From: a virus
Length of the DNA: 64,000 nucleotides
Virus record (IMG/VR): IMGVR_UViG_3300037587_000516
Location: 23,127 to 87,126 of that record
Reading direction: 5' to 3' (one strand)
A program made the translations under genes and the position numbers. Below, piece by piece: positions 9,645 through 19,014 of the stretch (positions are counted from its first letter, which is position 1; each line of letters begins with the position of its first letter). The notes under the pieces were generated by a model. That model was not told the origin of the DNA. It saw only the letters and a list, made by a program, of their open reading frames with translations, and did no database searches.

Positions 9645-10381
9645 TGAGTAAAAAACAAACACCGGAAGAAATGATGGGCGAATTAACGCATGAGCAATTA
9701 GTAGAGCAGTTGAGCAACTCTTTGCAGGTTAACGAAAACATGAAAGCAAACCAACAGGGCTTGATTGACGAAAGTAAACAGCTTCGTAACCAGATAGATT
9801 CACTAAGTGCAGGAAAGTCTATTTACGGAAAGTTGTTGGCTGTTAAAAGAGACTTGGGGTATGTTGCGAAAGACCAAAAGAATTCGGGTCAGGGCTGGAT
9901 GTTTCGTGGAATAGATCAGTTTCTAAATGCAATAAAGCCTCTGTTAGATACTCATGGAGTTGGTATTTCAACTAAAGTGGTACAGAATGCAGAAGAATAT
10001 AAGCTAAACGAAAAGACTGGAAAGTATGCTAAGAATACTAGGCTTATTATGGAGTATATATTCTTTGCGGAAGATGGCTCAACAGTTAGCTGCCAAATGC
10101 CAGCAGAAGGTGTGGACCCCGGAGATAAGGGCACTAATAAGGCGCTATCAGCAGCATTGAAATACTGCCTAATCCAAACGTTCGCTGTTCCAACTAAAGA
10201 TACTGCGGAAGCTGATAGTGAGAATCCTACAAATGATAGCGGAAAGGTTTCGGGAAAAGCTACTGCCACAAAAACAGTTACTCCAACAGGTGAAAAAGCA
10301 GCGGCTGCCCCAGCAAAGAAGTCATTTAGAAGAAAATCTGTAGCTAAAACTCCGGAGGCATCTAGTGACATCGACCTCTAA
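9644..10381 (+). CDS. ERF-family ssDNA annealing protein
   Basis: KDQKN..QGWMFRGID, EGVDPGDKGTNKALSAALKYCL.QTFAVPT.D. Confidence 0.85.
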   Translation: MSKKQTPEEMMGELTHEQLVEQLSNSLQVNENMKANQQGLIDESKQLRNQIDSLSAGKSIYGKLLAVKRDLGYVAKDQKNSGQGWMFRGIDQFLNAIKPLLDTHGVGISTKVVQNAEEYKLNEKTGKYAKNTRLIMEYIFFAEDGSTVSCQMPAEGVDPGDKGTNKALSAALKYCLIQTFAVPTKDTAEADSENPTNDSGKVSGKATATKTVTPTGEKAAAAPAKKSFRRKSVAKTPEASSDIDL

Positions 10382-10742
10382 AGAAGTAGTGGACCAAGAT
10401 TTGGCCAAAGAAGAAAAGGCAGAAGAAGCTCCGGAAATCTCAACGTTGGACCAATTAAGCGGAGCATTTAACGCTAATCTTAATGAGAGCCTTAATTTAA
10501 TCGGCTCTATGTCCAAGAATGGATTGCAGAGAGTTATAAAAGTATTGCTGGCATACCCCTTGCTTCATGAAGACTTGGGGGTCACCATTGATAAAGAGCA
10601 AGAAGTTAGATTAGCTCAGCTAGGTGTTGACATTCAGCATATTAAGTTTAGTATGACAATGGAAAGCATGGGCATTGATACTAAAGAGTTAGCAAAAGAA
10701 GTAGATGAAAGTAAAGAAGTAACTAAACAGGAAAAGGAATAA
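10365..10742 (+). CDS. hypothetical protein
   Basis: GGAGG SD, operon position. Confidence 0.65.
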   Translation: MTSTSKEVVDQDLAKEEKAEEAPEISTLDQLSGAFNANLNESLNLIGSMSKNGLQRVIKVLLAYPLLHEDLGVTIDKEQEVRLAQLGVDIQHIKFSMTMESMGIDTKELAKEVDESKEVTKQEKE

Positions 10743-10744
10743 AC

Positions 10745-11080
10745 ATGGCAAAGAAGTATTCAAAAGTTGGAGCAATTAAGCTATCCAAAGGCGGCGAAGG
10801 AAAAGTATCCAAGCTCTATATTAACCTAAACGCAGACAAAGACAAAGAAGGAAAAGTTAATATAGCTAGTATCAAGGCTCTTCACGCTGCACTTGGTTCG
10901 TTGATTGACAACCCAAATGACGGAGACAATCAGTATGGGGTCAGTCTTATGATTGAAAAGCCTCAGGATTCACTGCGCCGCCTTAACGAGTTAGGGTATA
11001 TTGATGATGATAAACTAGAAGCTCGTATAGAAGGTGTTCCAGATTGGTTAAAGTATGAAATTACATTAGTTCACGAATAA
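10745..11080 (+). CDS. hypothetical protein (possibly ssDNA-binding)
   Basis: AAGGA SD; last gene of exonuclease-ERF operon; function inferred from position only. Confidence 0.6.
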   Translation: MAKKYSKVGAIKLSKGGEGKVSKLYINLNADKDKEGKVNIASIKALHAALGSLIDNPNDGDNQYGVSLMIEKPQDSLRRLNELGYIDDDKLEARIEGVPDWLKYEITLVHE

Positions 11081-11162
11081 AATTAAAGTGGTTGGATAAT
11101 CCACTAGTATCAACAGCATGTACTCTCAGCTAAAAAATATCCGCAAAATTCCTCCCTTTTGG

Positions 11163-11190
11163 GGTCCGGCAGAAATGTCGGGCCTTTTTT
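11163..11190 (+). terminator. intrinsic terminator
   Basis: GGTCCGGCA-GAAA-TGTCGGGCC followed by T6. Confidence 0.85.
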
Positions 11191-11203
11191 ATTGAGAAAA
11201 GGG

Positions 11204-11232
11204 TTGACTTAATGTCAGAAACCTAGTATGCT
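11204..11232 (+). promoter_or_regulatory. sigma70-type promoter of replication operon
   Basis: TTGACT-17-TATGCT, then GGAGGT SD. Confidence 0.7.
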
Positions 11233-11249
11233 TAAGAAACGGAGGTATC

Positions 11250-11447
11250 GTGGAAGTAACACAAAAACAAATCAACTTAATTAGAAGCGTAGCAATTGGT
11301 ATAATCAAAGAAATGCCGAGCCGATTAATTTGGGAAGATACTGAAAGAGAAGTAGACCCAACAGATAGAGCAGCGATTGCTTATATAGACGCAATTGGAA
11401 AAGTATTACATCTGGACTTTGAAATCAATACAAAAAGGAAGAAATAA
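11250..11447 (+). CDS. hypothetical protein
   Basis: GGAGGT SD with GTG start. Confidence 0.7.
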   Translation: MEVTQKQINLIRSVAIGIIKEMPSRLIWEDTEREVDPTDRAAIAYIDAIGKVLHLDFEINTKRKK

Positions 11448-11671
11448 TGTCAAATAGTATGTTGGAATCAAGCAAAGAGGCGAATCAGGAACGTAAACGG
11501 AAACGATTAGAAGAGATGGTTAAAGCTGTTGTTGCTGGAGCTGACAACACATCCGAAGCGGGTTGTTGGGAAATACTTAACACAGCTCAGTATTTAATAA
11601 GTATAATAGACGAAAAAATGGCAGCAGACATAAAAGCGGATGAAGAGAAATTTAAAGGTGGAGCAAAATGA
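11447..11671 (+). CDS. hypothetical protein
   Basis: TAATG overlap. Confidence 0.65.
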   Translation: MSNSMLESSKEANQERKRKRLEEMVKAVVAGADNTSEAGCWEILNTAQYLISIIDEKMAADIKADEEKFKGGAK

Positions 11672-12120
11672 AACTGACAATTGAATTAGTGCCAAAAACA
11701 TGTTGGTTTAGTAATGTTAGATCCCAAGTAACAAAAGCCGACTGGGAAATCCTAAAGAAAGAAACTTCAAAAAACGCAAAAAGAAAGTGCGAAATTTGTG
11801 CAGGGCGAGGACCAAAATGGCCAGTTGAGTGTCATGAAGTATGGAGTTATGACGACAAGAAAAAAATACAAAAGTTAGAAAGGTTGATTGCGTTATGCCC
11901 GTCGTGTCATGAAGTTAAACATATCGGGTTCGCAGGAACGCGAGGCAGGTCTTATATTGCAACCGAACATCTGGCTAATGTAAATGACATATCTGTAGAT
12001 GATGCGACTGATTACGTTCACGGTGCATTTGTTTTATGGAGAGACAGATCACAATACAATTGGGAGCTTGATATTTCATGGCTAGATAATCGCGGAATAG
12101 AGTATGGGGATAGATCATAA
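11668..12120 (+). CDS. HNH endonuclease-like protein
   Basis: LTIELVP..CWFSNVRS, CEIC, ECHEVW.YDD, LCPSCHEVKH.G. Confidence 0.85.
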   Translation: MKLTIELVPKTCWFSNVRSQVTKADWEILKKETSKNAKRKCEICAGRGPKWPVECHEVWSYDDKKKIQKLERLIALCPSCHEVKHIGFAGTRGRSYIATEHLANVNDISVDDATDYVHGAFVLWRDRSQYNWELDISWLDNRGIEYGDRS

Positions 12121-14142
12121 ATGACAAATAAGGAGAAACGAGTGTACCGAAGATTATGTAAAACACTAGATAACAAGGGGGAGTTAATCCCCGCCACTGA
12201 CGATGTTTATTCGCATATTAAAAACAAGAACGTAGACCATTATTTAAGCGTGTACAGCTATAATGAGAGCCAAAAGAAAACGTTCTATTCAAAAGTGGAA
12301 AAGTTAGTAGACGGGAAGATAATTGAAACCATAAACGGAGCCGCCGGAATTAGTGATGTGTTCACAAATCAATTCATACTAGACTTTGATATTGATAAGC
12401 TAGCCGGGACTTCATTAGAAGATATAAAAGTTGATACTATAGAAGCAATTAGAAGGTTAAAAGAGAGTGGTATTTCTGAAGAAGCAATTCAGCTGACCTT
12501 TTCTGGAAATAAGGGGTTCGGTATTACAGTTGACATTAATCAGGACTTAACCCCGGATGCACATAAGAAAATGGCCAAGAATCTAATGGGAGACCTATCG
12601 TCGTTCGATACCCGGGTCTACAACGCATCTCGCATACTAAGAGTCTCGTATACTAAACACCAGAGTAGCGGCTTGTTTAAAATGCCTATGGGGATTTCTG
12701 AGCTAGAAGAGTCAATTGAGACAATCCAAGAATGGGCTAAAGACGTTGATGCATCTGATACTATGACATACTCTAGAATAACACTGCCGATTAGTATTAT
12801 GAAGTTGGCGGAGATTAAGCCGGAGCGCAAGAAAGTTGAAGGGTTGACATTAGAAGCTGGGGTTTGTACCTTGGACTTCAATAAAAAGCCCAAGTTCTTG
12901 TCAGACTGGAAGTTTGCAATCTCTGAGGGATACTTTCCTCCGGGAGCAAGAAACTACGCCTTGTTGATACTAGCGGCAACTTATGCTGGGTGCGGGTTTA
13001 ATAAAGAAGCTACGTATAGACTACTAAAAGCAGCTGCGGAGCTTCAATCAGTTAAGTTTGGCGTAGATCGTTTCTCTGATGATGAAATTTGGAAGAACAT
13101 GGTTAGCGTTGTGTATGATCCTAGCTGGCAGGGTGGAACATTTGCGGAAGATAATTTCCCGGATGAACTGTCTGATTACCTTGAGTCAATTGGAGTAAAC
13201 CGCGCAGCGTCTGAGGATACCGAAGATCGAATGATCGAGAAACTTGGAGATGGGTTTGACTCGTTTGCCGCATATGCTAAAACGATAGAAGAGCATACGA
13301 TTAAGACCGGCATTCCTGAGTTAGACGAGAGGCTAAAAATGAGAGCGGGTCAGTTGATCTTCTTATTGGCACCTCCCTCAGTTGGGAAAACCAGCGCTTT
13401 GATAACTGTTCTCAACAACACCAGTAAGGACGGGATAACCTCATACTTCTCTAGTATGGATATGTATGTTCACGAGATATACAAGAAACTGATACAAAGA
13501 CATACTAAATTAACTGAGGATGAAGTATTTGATGTGTTTATTCGTGAGGACGAAGAGAAAATGGAGGAGTTTCGTAACATACTAAAAGAAGAGTATGGAA
13601 ACGTTAACCTTTGCTATAAGTCCGGCGAATCTGTTGGTGAGATGCGCAGATCTATTGAGCGCATTGAGAATCAAACCGGAAAGCGCATTGATCTAGTAGC
13701 AGTTGACTATTTGGAGCTAGTTTTGACAGAAGCTGGTGATCCAACGGCAGCTACAGCAGAGGCGGCTCAGAAACTGCGTGAGCTTGCGAATGAGGGGCGT
13801 GTTGTGATTTGCCTACTCCAACCCAATAAAAACAACTCGCATCCCACAGAGCCTATCACGTCGTTTAACGCAGCTAAAGGAAGTTCTAGTATAAGTCAAG
13901 CATGTACAGCATTTTTAACGTGCAATAGGCCCGGAATGGACTCAACTAACGATAACATTGATGATCACTTCTTTAGTATGAACTGCGTTAAGAACAGAAA
14001 CGGGAACCTATTTGCAATTAACATGGGTTGGGATGGTCCAACTCAGACATTTTATTCTCTGGATGATCAACAGAAAGAGAGATTAAAGAATTTGAGACAA
14101 CGGCAGCAAGAGAAAAAGGCTGTTGATGCGGGGAGTTTATAA
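12121..14142 (+). CDS. AEP primase-polymerase / DnaB-like SF4 helicase fusion
   Basis: N-terminal LDFD, FSGNKGF, D..VYNASRILRV..TKH; C-terminal TGIPELD, APPSVGKT Walker A, VAVDYLEL, KNRNG. Confidence 0.85.
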   Translation: MTNKEKRVYRRLCKTLDNKGELIPATDDVYSHIKNKNVDHYLSVYSYNESQKKTFYSKVEKLVDGKIIETINGAAGISDVFTNQFILDFDIDKLAGTSLEDIKVDTIEAIRRLKESGISEEAIQLTFSGNKGFGITVDINQDLTPDAHKKMAKNLMGDLSSFDTRVYNASRILRVSYTKHQSSGLFKMPMGISELEESIETIQEWAKDVDASDTMTYSRITLPISIMKLAEIKPERKKVEGLTLEAGVCTLDFNKKPKFLSDWKFAISEGYFPPGARNYALLILAATYAGCGFNKEATYRLLKAAAELQSVKFGVDRFSDDEIWKNMVSVVYDPSWQGGTFAEDNFPDELSDYLESIGVNRAASEDTEDRMIEKLGDGFDSFAAYAKTIEEHTIKTGIPELDERLKMRAGQLIFLLAPPSVGKTSALITVLNNTSKDGITSYFSSMDMYVHEIYKKLIQRHTKLTEDEVFDVFIREDEEKMEEFRNILKEEYGNVNLCYKSGESVGEMRRSIERIENQTGKRIDLVAVDYLELVLTEAGDPTAATAEAAQKLRELANEGRVVICLLQPNKNNSHPTEPITSFNAAKGSSSISQACTAFLTCNRPGMDSTNDNIDDHFFSMNCVKNRNGNLFAINMGWDGPTQTFYSLDDQQKERLKNLRQRQQEKKAVDAGSL

Positions 14143-15104
14143 TGAATATTTTAGTTAAAATGAAGTTCGGATCACATATGTATGGGACTAACGTTGCTAC
14201 TAGCGACACAGACTATAAAGCAATTTATATTCCGTCAGCAGATGACATACTTATGCAAAGAGCCCGAAAGGTTATTCATGAGAATACCAATAAAACCAAC
14301 ACCAAAAACAGCAATAAAGATGTAGATACTGAATATATTAGCATACAACGGTATATGGAATTACTATTGGAGGGTCAAACTATGGCATTGGATATGTTAT
14401 TTGCCCCGGACGATATGATTCTAGAAGGAGGGGATCGGAAACTTTGGGACTATATTCGCAATAATAAGAAGGAGTTTCTTCATTCTGGAGTGTTGTCTTT
14501 TGTGGGATACTGTAGAACCCAGGCAAATAAGTATGGGATTAAGGGCTCTAGAATGAGTGCAATTAAAGAAGCATTGGGATTATTTAATCTCGTCGTAAAC
14601 GGGACAAATAGGTTAGAAGATATTAATTATACAGACCTATTAGAAAATGATCATATTAAAATGGTTGATTGTAAAGGACCAAATAATAAAACAGAGCCAC
14701 ATCTTGAAATTTGTAATCGCAAATTTGGGATGAGAACAAAGGTTGAGAATATTATCTTTACGCTAGAAAAGATTTATGATGGGTATGGGCACAGAGCTAA
14801 GTTGGCAGAAAAGAATGAAGGAATTGACTGGAAGGCATTAATGCATGCGGTTAGAATTCAGTATCAAGCAAAAGAATTACTATCAACTGGACATATAACA
14901 TTTCCTAGACCAGAAAAGGATTTACTTTTAGATATTAGAAACGGCAAATTGGACTATAAAGTTGTTGCTCGAATTATTGAGGATGGTCTTGATGAATTAG
15001 AACAAATGGAGTCAAACCTACCTAAGAAACCTAATAAGGAGTTTGCTGATAAACTAGTTTGTGATGTCCATCATTCAGAGATTCAGAAGAGGGGGAGCTT
15101 ATGA
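14142..15104 (+). CDS. Pol-beta superfamily nucleotidyltransferase (T4 NrdC.11/RlaP-like)
   Basis: FGSHMYGT...SDTDYK, GYCRTQANKYG, DWKALMHAVR, FPRPE...IRNG. Confidence 0.85.
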   Translation: MNILVKMKFGSHMYGTNVATSDTDYKAIYIPSADDILMQRARKVIHENTNKTNTKNSNKDVDTEYISIQRYMELLLEGQTMALDMLFAPDDMILEGGDRKLWDYIRNNKKEFLHSGVLSFVGYCRTQANKYGIKGSRMSAIKEALGLFNLVVNGTNRLEDINYTDLLENDHIKMVDCKGPNNKTEPHLEICNRKFGMRTKVENIIFTLEKIYDGYGHRAKLAEKNEGIDWKALMHAVRIQYQAKELLSTGHITFPRPEKDLLLDIRNGKLDYKVVARIIEDGLDELEQMESNLPKKPNKEFADKLVCDVHHSEIQKRGSL

Positions 15105-15403
15105 GACTAGAAGAAATTGCGGCACACTATCAGAAGACAGGGGAGTTTTTGCCAGAAGGATTTGAATTTATGGTTGACTATTTCATTGAGAACATCCAAG
15201 GAATGCACGAAGAGTACATTTCAGAGTTTAATGAAGATAGCGTACCGTTTCAAGTTCATGTGCTACAGAGACTAAATGACTGGCAGATCGAAAGCGGGTT
15301 TGCTAGAGAATATACTCCAGAAGAAGTCGAAGAAATGATAGGAGATGATGATCTGGATATTAGTATAGGAGAGGAAGATGATAACGATCCGTGGATTAAT
15401 TAG
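15101..15403 (+). CDS. acidic hypothetical protein
   Basis: ATGA overlap, GGGAG SD. Confidence 0.65.
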   Translation: MRLEEIAAHYQKTGEFLPEGFEFMVDYFIENIQGMHEEYISEFNEDSVPFQVHVLQRLNDWQIESGFAREYTPEEVEEMIGDDDLDISIGEEDDNDPWIN

Positions 15404-15828
15404 TGCGGCGGCTCTTGTTTCGGTGGGGATGATGCTGAACGAGGTAATAACGTACTCAACTACACCAACCATAACAGAGCAGATACTGGTCCCATACAAA
15501 CAGGCGTTTATGGACATGGTAAAGCACACTGGTATGCACCTTGATCTTAACACAATCAAGTTTGAATCACTACCCAACAATACTATAGGAATCTGTAACC
15601 CATTGATGTTGGAGATTAAAATAGACCCCGTATACTGGAGCACAGCGGACGAGAAAGAGAGAATTGCCGTAACTTTTCATGAGTTCAACCACTGTATTTG
15701 TTTGGATCTTGTTCATGCTGAAGGTGAGTTTGAGGACTAGTATTATGAACACTGTATTGCCAGATAGTGCATGTTTGGGTGAGCATTGGGCAGAGTATAT
15801 GGCGGACTTGATAAAAAGGTGTGAATAA
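15378..15828 (+). pseudogene. Secreted metzincin-type metallopeptidase split by a frameshift near 15730-15740
   Basis: Signal/TM N-terminus and HEFNHCICLDLVH zinc motif; frame stops at 15740 but the +1 frame continues TSIMNTVLPDSACLGEHWAEYMADLIKRCE (Met-turn) to TAA at 15826-15828. Confidence 0.6.
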
Positions 15829-16094
15829 TGAAAACTATTAAAGTGAACAACTATTTTAATGTCCCAATTAAATTTACTGGTATTGCTGATTTTGACAGCG
15901 GCACTTTAGTTTGGTTTTTGGATGGAAGGAGACATAGAGTTGATGGACCTGCTGTTGAATATGCTGATGGCATTAAGGTTTGGTGGTTGAATGGTGAGTT
16001 TGTGTCAGAAGAAGAACATGCTAAAAGAACTGCTTATCTTAGGACTACTCTTGGTAAGTTGATATTCAATGAGCATTTTAAATTGGAGGAATAG
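15828..16094 (+). CDS. HRVDGPA-repeat family protein, copy 5/15 (MKTIK-type, 1 unit)
   Basis: Conserved unit and tail; TAG abuts polA ATG. Confidence 0.9.
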   Translation: MKTIKVNNYFNVPIKFTGIADFDSGTLVWFLDGRRHRVDGPAVEYADGIKVWWLNGEFVSEEEHAKRTAYLRTTLGKLIFNEHFKLEE

Positions 16095-18614
16095 ATGACC
16101 GATTATTATATAGATGACCAAGAAGCTGCTGATGATTTTCTGGCGTATATCAAAGAAGATGGTATTACGTTAAAGCCAGAGAAGTTCGCAAATAATAATA
16201 TGTATGCTATAGCCTCTGATGGAAATCGCTATATAATTGAACACAAGTTTGGTAAATTAATTAGCCCTTATATTAAAACTAAGCCCAGTGTATTAAAAGT
16301 GGGGGGCGGAAAAAATTCTGTGCAGCATTCCGTAAAAAAGGATTATAAAATAGCATTAACGAATAAAGATAGGGCTAGTATGGAGGCTCACATTAATGAG
16401 TTTGATGTGCATGCATTTGATGTAGAGACTACTGGGCTTAATGTTAGGAAAGAGACCGTTATAGGCTTTTCCGTTTGCGGAAAGGAAGGAACTTCGTTCT
16501 ATTACCCCCTATATCAGTGGCTAAACGACACTCTTGAGCCTATAGAAAGCAACCTAGAGAAGTGCAACCACTTTTTGATGTTACTAAAAGACAAAAAGCT
16601 AGTAACTTGGAACGGATCGTTTGATACTAGGATTACAAAGAATGATCTAGGAGTTGACTTAATTTCCTCCATATACGCCGACGGAATGCTGCTAAAACAC
16701 ACCCTACAAGAAGATGGGCCCTTCGGATTAAAAGCAACTGGGGTTGAAATACAAGAGCACATAGGACTTAACGTAGAAGAAGATGCAAATAAAGAGCAGA
16801 TAGCTCTGAAGGCTAATATAGAAAAGAACGGCGGGTCAACTACAAAGAAAAACTATCAGATGTTTATGGCTGATCTAGAAGTTCTTGGGATCTATGGGTG
16901 CGCAGATGCTGATTTGACTTTGAGAATATACCACTACTACTTAGAGAAGTTGCGGGAAGAGGGATTAGAGGAGTTCTTTTTTGAAGATGAAGTAATGCCG
17001 CTGTATAAAGAAGTCACTATTCCTATGGAAGAAAATGGGGTGGCTATAAACATGGAGTTGTTGCAGAATACTAAGGATGAGATAGAGGAGGATATATTAG
17101 CTTTGAGAGAGAACGTAATATCTTCTCTCATGGAGACGGAGTACTTTGCAGATTGGTTAACTGAGGTAGCAACCAAAAAGTTCCCAGCAAAACCTACTGG
17201 AAAATTTGTACAGGAAATAATACGCCAGCATGAATTAGACTTGCCGGAACTTGCTCCTCATGGACCCATTCCTATTAGAAAATACAGTATTGCTAAAAAG
17301 GGCGTAGAAAGTTTGCCGGACAGCCTAGCAAAAAGCTTTATACAAAGAAAAGAACTAGACTACTCATCTCTTAATTTGGTGGATATTTCCATAAAGTTGT
17401 GGAAGGAAAAAGAAGGGTCTCTTATAAACATATCGTCCAAGCCTCAACTGATGTCGTTAGTATTTGGTAAGATGGGAGTTAAGCCTCTTTCTAAGACTGA
17501 GAAAGGAACTCCTCAATTTAATGATACTATGGTTGAATACTTGGCGGATAACGGACATGAGTGGGCGTCTATTTTAAGAAACTACAATAGGCTAATTAAA
17601 ATACGCGGGGCTTATGTGGACAGGTTTTTGGACGGGCATGAGGACGGTAAGTTTTACTTTTCTTATAAGCAACATGGCACTATTAGTGGCAGGTATGGGT
17701 CTGATGCACAGCAGCTTCCTAGGCCTATGGAAGAAGGCCAGGATGCTGAGGTAGTATTAAAGTATGTGAATAGAATCCGCAAGTTTTTCATAAGCGGAGA
17801 AGATAGAATATTCATTGACTCAGATTACGAAAGTCTTGAGCCCCATGTATTTGCCCATGTTTCTGGAGATAAAGGGCTTATAGACATATTCAACAAAGGA
17901 CATGACTTCTATTCCACTATTGCAATTGCTACTGAGGAGTTAGAAGGAGTTAGTGCAGATAAAAGTGCGGACAATTATCTAGGGAAGGTTGATAAACAAA
18001 AGAGACAGACGGCTAAAGCATATGCTCTCGGGGTTCCATATGGAATGACCGGATTCGCTTTAGGAAAGACTTTGGACATAGACACTGAGGAGGCAGAAGT
18101 CCTCATAGACAACTACATGGAGTCGTACCCTCAGCTTAAAAGCTGGATGGATAAGTCTAAGAAACACGCTCAAGATTTTGGCTATATTTCCTCAGAGGCA
18201 GGTAGGATCAGGCATCTACCACAGGTAAAAGAGATATATGCAGTACACAAAGACAGGCTACTAAGCTTCAAGTACAGAGCTAGAGTATCTAAAAGATTCG
18301 GCAGAGAAGAAATTAAATCAAAGTACAGAGATTATAAGAACGGAGTAAACAACAGTAGGAACTTTCAAATACAGTCTTTATCCGCCAGCATAGTAAATAG
18401 AGCGGCCATAGCCATAAATAGGGAGTTCAAAGAAAGGGGTATAAATGGATACTGCTGTGCCCAAGTACACGATCAACTTATACTAGATGTACCAGAAAGC
18501 TCAAAAGACGTATGTAAGGAGATTGTTAGGGATATGATGGAGAACACTACTAAATTATCACTAAGCATAAAAGCTCCGCCAGAATTTGGTAGAAACTGGC
18601 AAGAAGCGCATTAA
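16095..18614 (+). CDS. polA: Family A DNA polymerase with 3'-5' exonuclease domain
   Basis: FDVETTGL (ExoI), WNGSFD, YGCADA; TISGRY, DSDYESLE (motif A), RQTAKAYALGVPYG (motif B), QVHDQ (motif C). Confidence 0.95.
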   Translation: MTDYYIDDQEAADDFLAYIKEDGITLKPEKFANNNMYAIASDGNRYIIEHKFGKLISPYIKTKPSVLKVGGGKNSVQHSVKKDYKIALTNKDRASMEAHINEFDVHAFDVETTGLNVRKETVIGFSVCGKEGTSFYYPLYQWLNDTLEPIESNLEKCNHFLMLLKDKKLVTWNGSFDTRITKNDLGVDLISSIYADGMLLKHTLQEDGPFGLKATGVEIQEHIGLNVEEDANKEQIALKANIEKNGGSTTKKNYQMFMADLEVLGIYGCADADLTLRIYHYYLEKLREEGLEEFFFEDEVMPLYKEVTIPMEENGVAINMELLQNTKDEIEEDILALRENVISSLMETEYFADWLTEVATKKFPAKPTGKFVQEIIRQHELDLPELAPHGPIPIRKYSIAKKGVESLPDSLAKSFIQRKELDYSSLNLVDISIKLWKEKEGSLINISSKPQLMSLVFGKMGVKPLSKTEKGTPQFNDTMVEYLADNGHEWASILRNYNRLIKIRGAYVDRFLDGHEDGKFYFSYKQHGTISGRYGSDAQQLPRPMEEGQDAEVVLKYVNRIRKFFISGEDRIFIDSDYESLEPHVFAHVSGDKGLIDIFNKGHDFYSTIAIATEELEGVSADKSADNYLGKVDKQKRQTAKAYALGVPYGMTGFALGKTLDIDTEEAEVLIDNYMESYPQLKSWMDKSKKHAQDFGYISSEAGRIRHLPQVKEIYAVHKDRLLSFKYRARVSKRFGREEIKSKYRDYKNGVNNSRNFQIQSLSASIVNRAAIAINREFKERGINGYCCAQVHDQLILDVPESSKDVCKEIVRDMMENTTKLSLSIKAPPEFGRNWQEAH

Positions 18615-18628
18615 TTTACACAAAAAGC

Positions 18629-18657
18629 TTTACAAAGGCGAATAGCTGTAGTACATT
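18629..18657 (+). promoter_or_regulatory. sigma70-type promoter ahead of three tandem repeat-family genes
   Basis: TTTACA-17-TACATT. Confidence 0.55.
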
Positions 18658-18675
18658 AGTATATGGGAGTTGGAT

Positions 18676-19014
18676 ATGAAAACAATAAAAGTGGACGACA
18701 ATTGGCATAAGCCAGATAAATTCACAGGAATTGCTGAATATCCTAATGGCGATGAGTATTGGTATTTGAATGGTAAATATCATAGAGTCGACGGACCTGC
18801 TATTGAATATGCTGGTGGTGGTAAGTATTGGTATTTGAATGGTAAAATGCATAGAGTTGGCGGACCTGCTGAGGAATGGTCAGATGGTAGTGAGTTTTGG
18901 TTTTTGAATGGTGAGATGCTAACAGAAGAAGAGCATGATAAAAGAACAGCCTATTTAAGAACTACATTAGGCAAACTAATATTCAATGAGCATTTTAAGT
19001 TGGAGGACTCGTGA
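18676..19014 (+). CDS. HRVDGPA-repeat family protein, copy 6/15 (MKTIK-type, 2 units)
   Basis: HRVDGPA and HRVGGPA units, conserved tail; GGGAG SD. Confidence 0.9.
   Translation: MKTIKVDDNWHKPDKFTGIAEYPNGDEYWYLNGKYHRVDGPAIEYAGGGKYWYLNGKMHRVGGPAEEWSDGSEFWFLNGEMLTEEEHDKRTAYLRTTLGKLIFNEHFKLEDS

Noticed and set aside
15738-15740. Stop-codon reassignment (TAG read-through)
   Set aside because: Read-through meets another TAG within 9 codons, the conserved continuation is in another frame, and TAG, TGA and TAA all end well-defined genes elsewhere.
1-18614. Introns or inteins in nrdJ, helicase or polA
   Set aside because: Motifs are contiguous, lengths are ordinary and no intein C1/HN-C junctions are visible.
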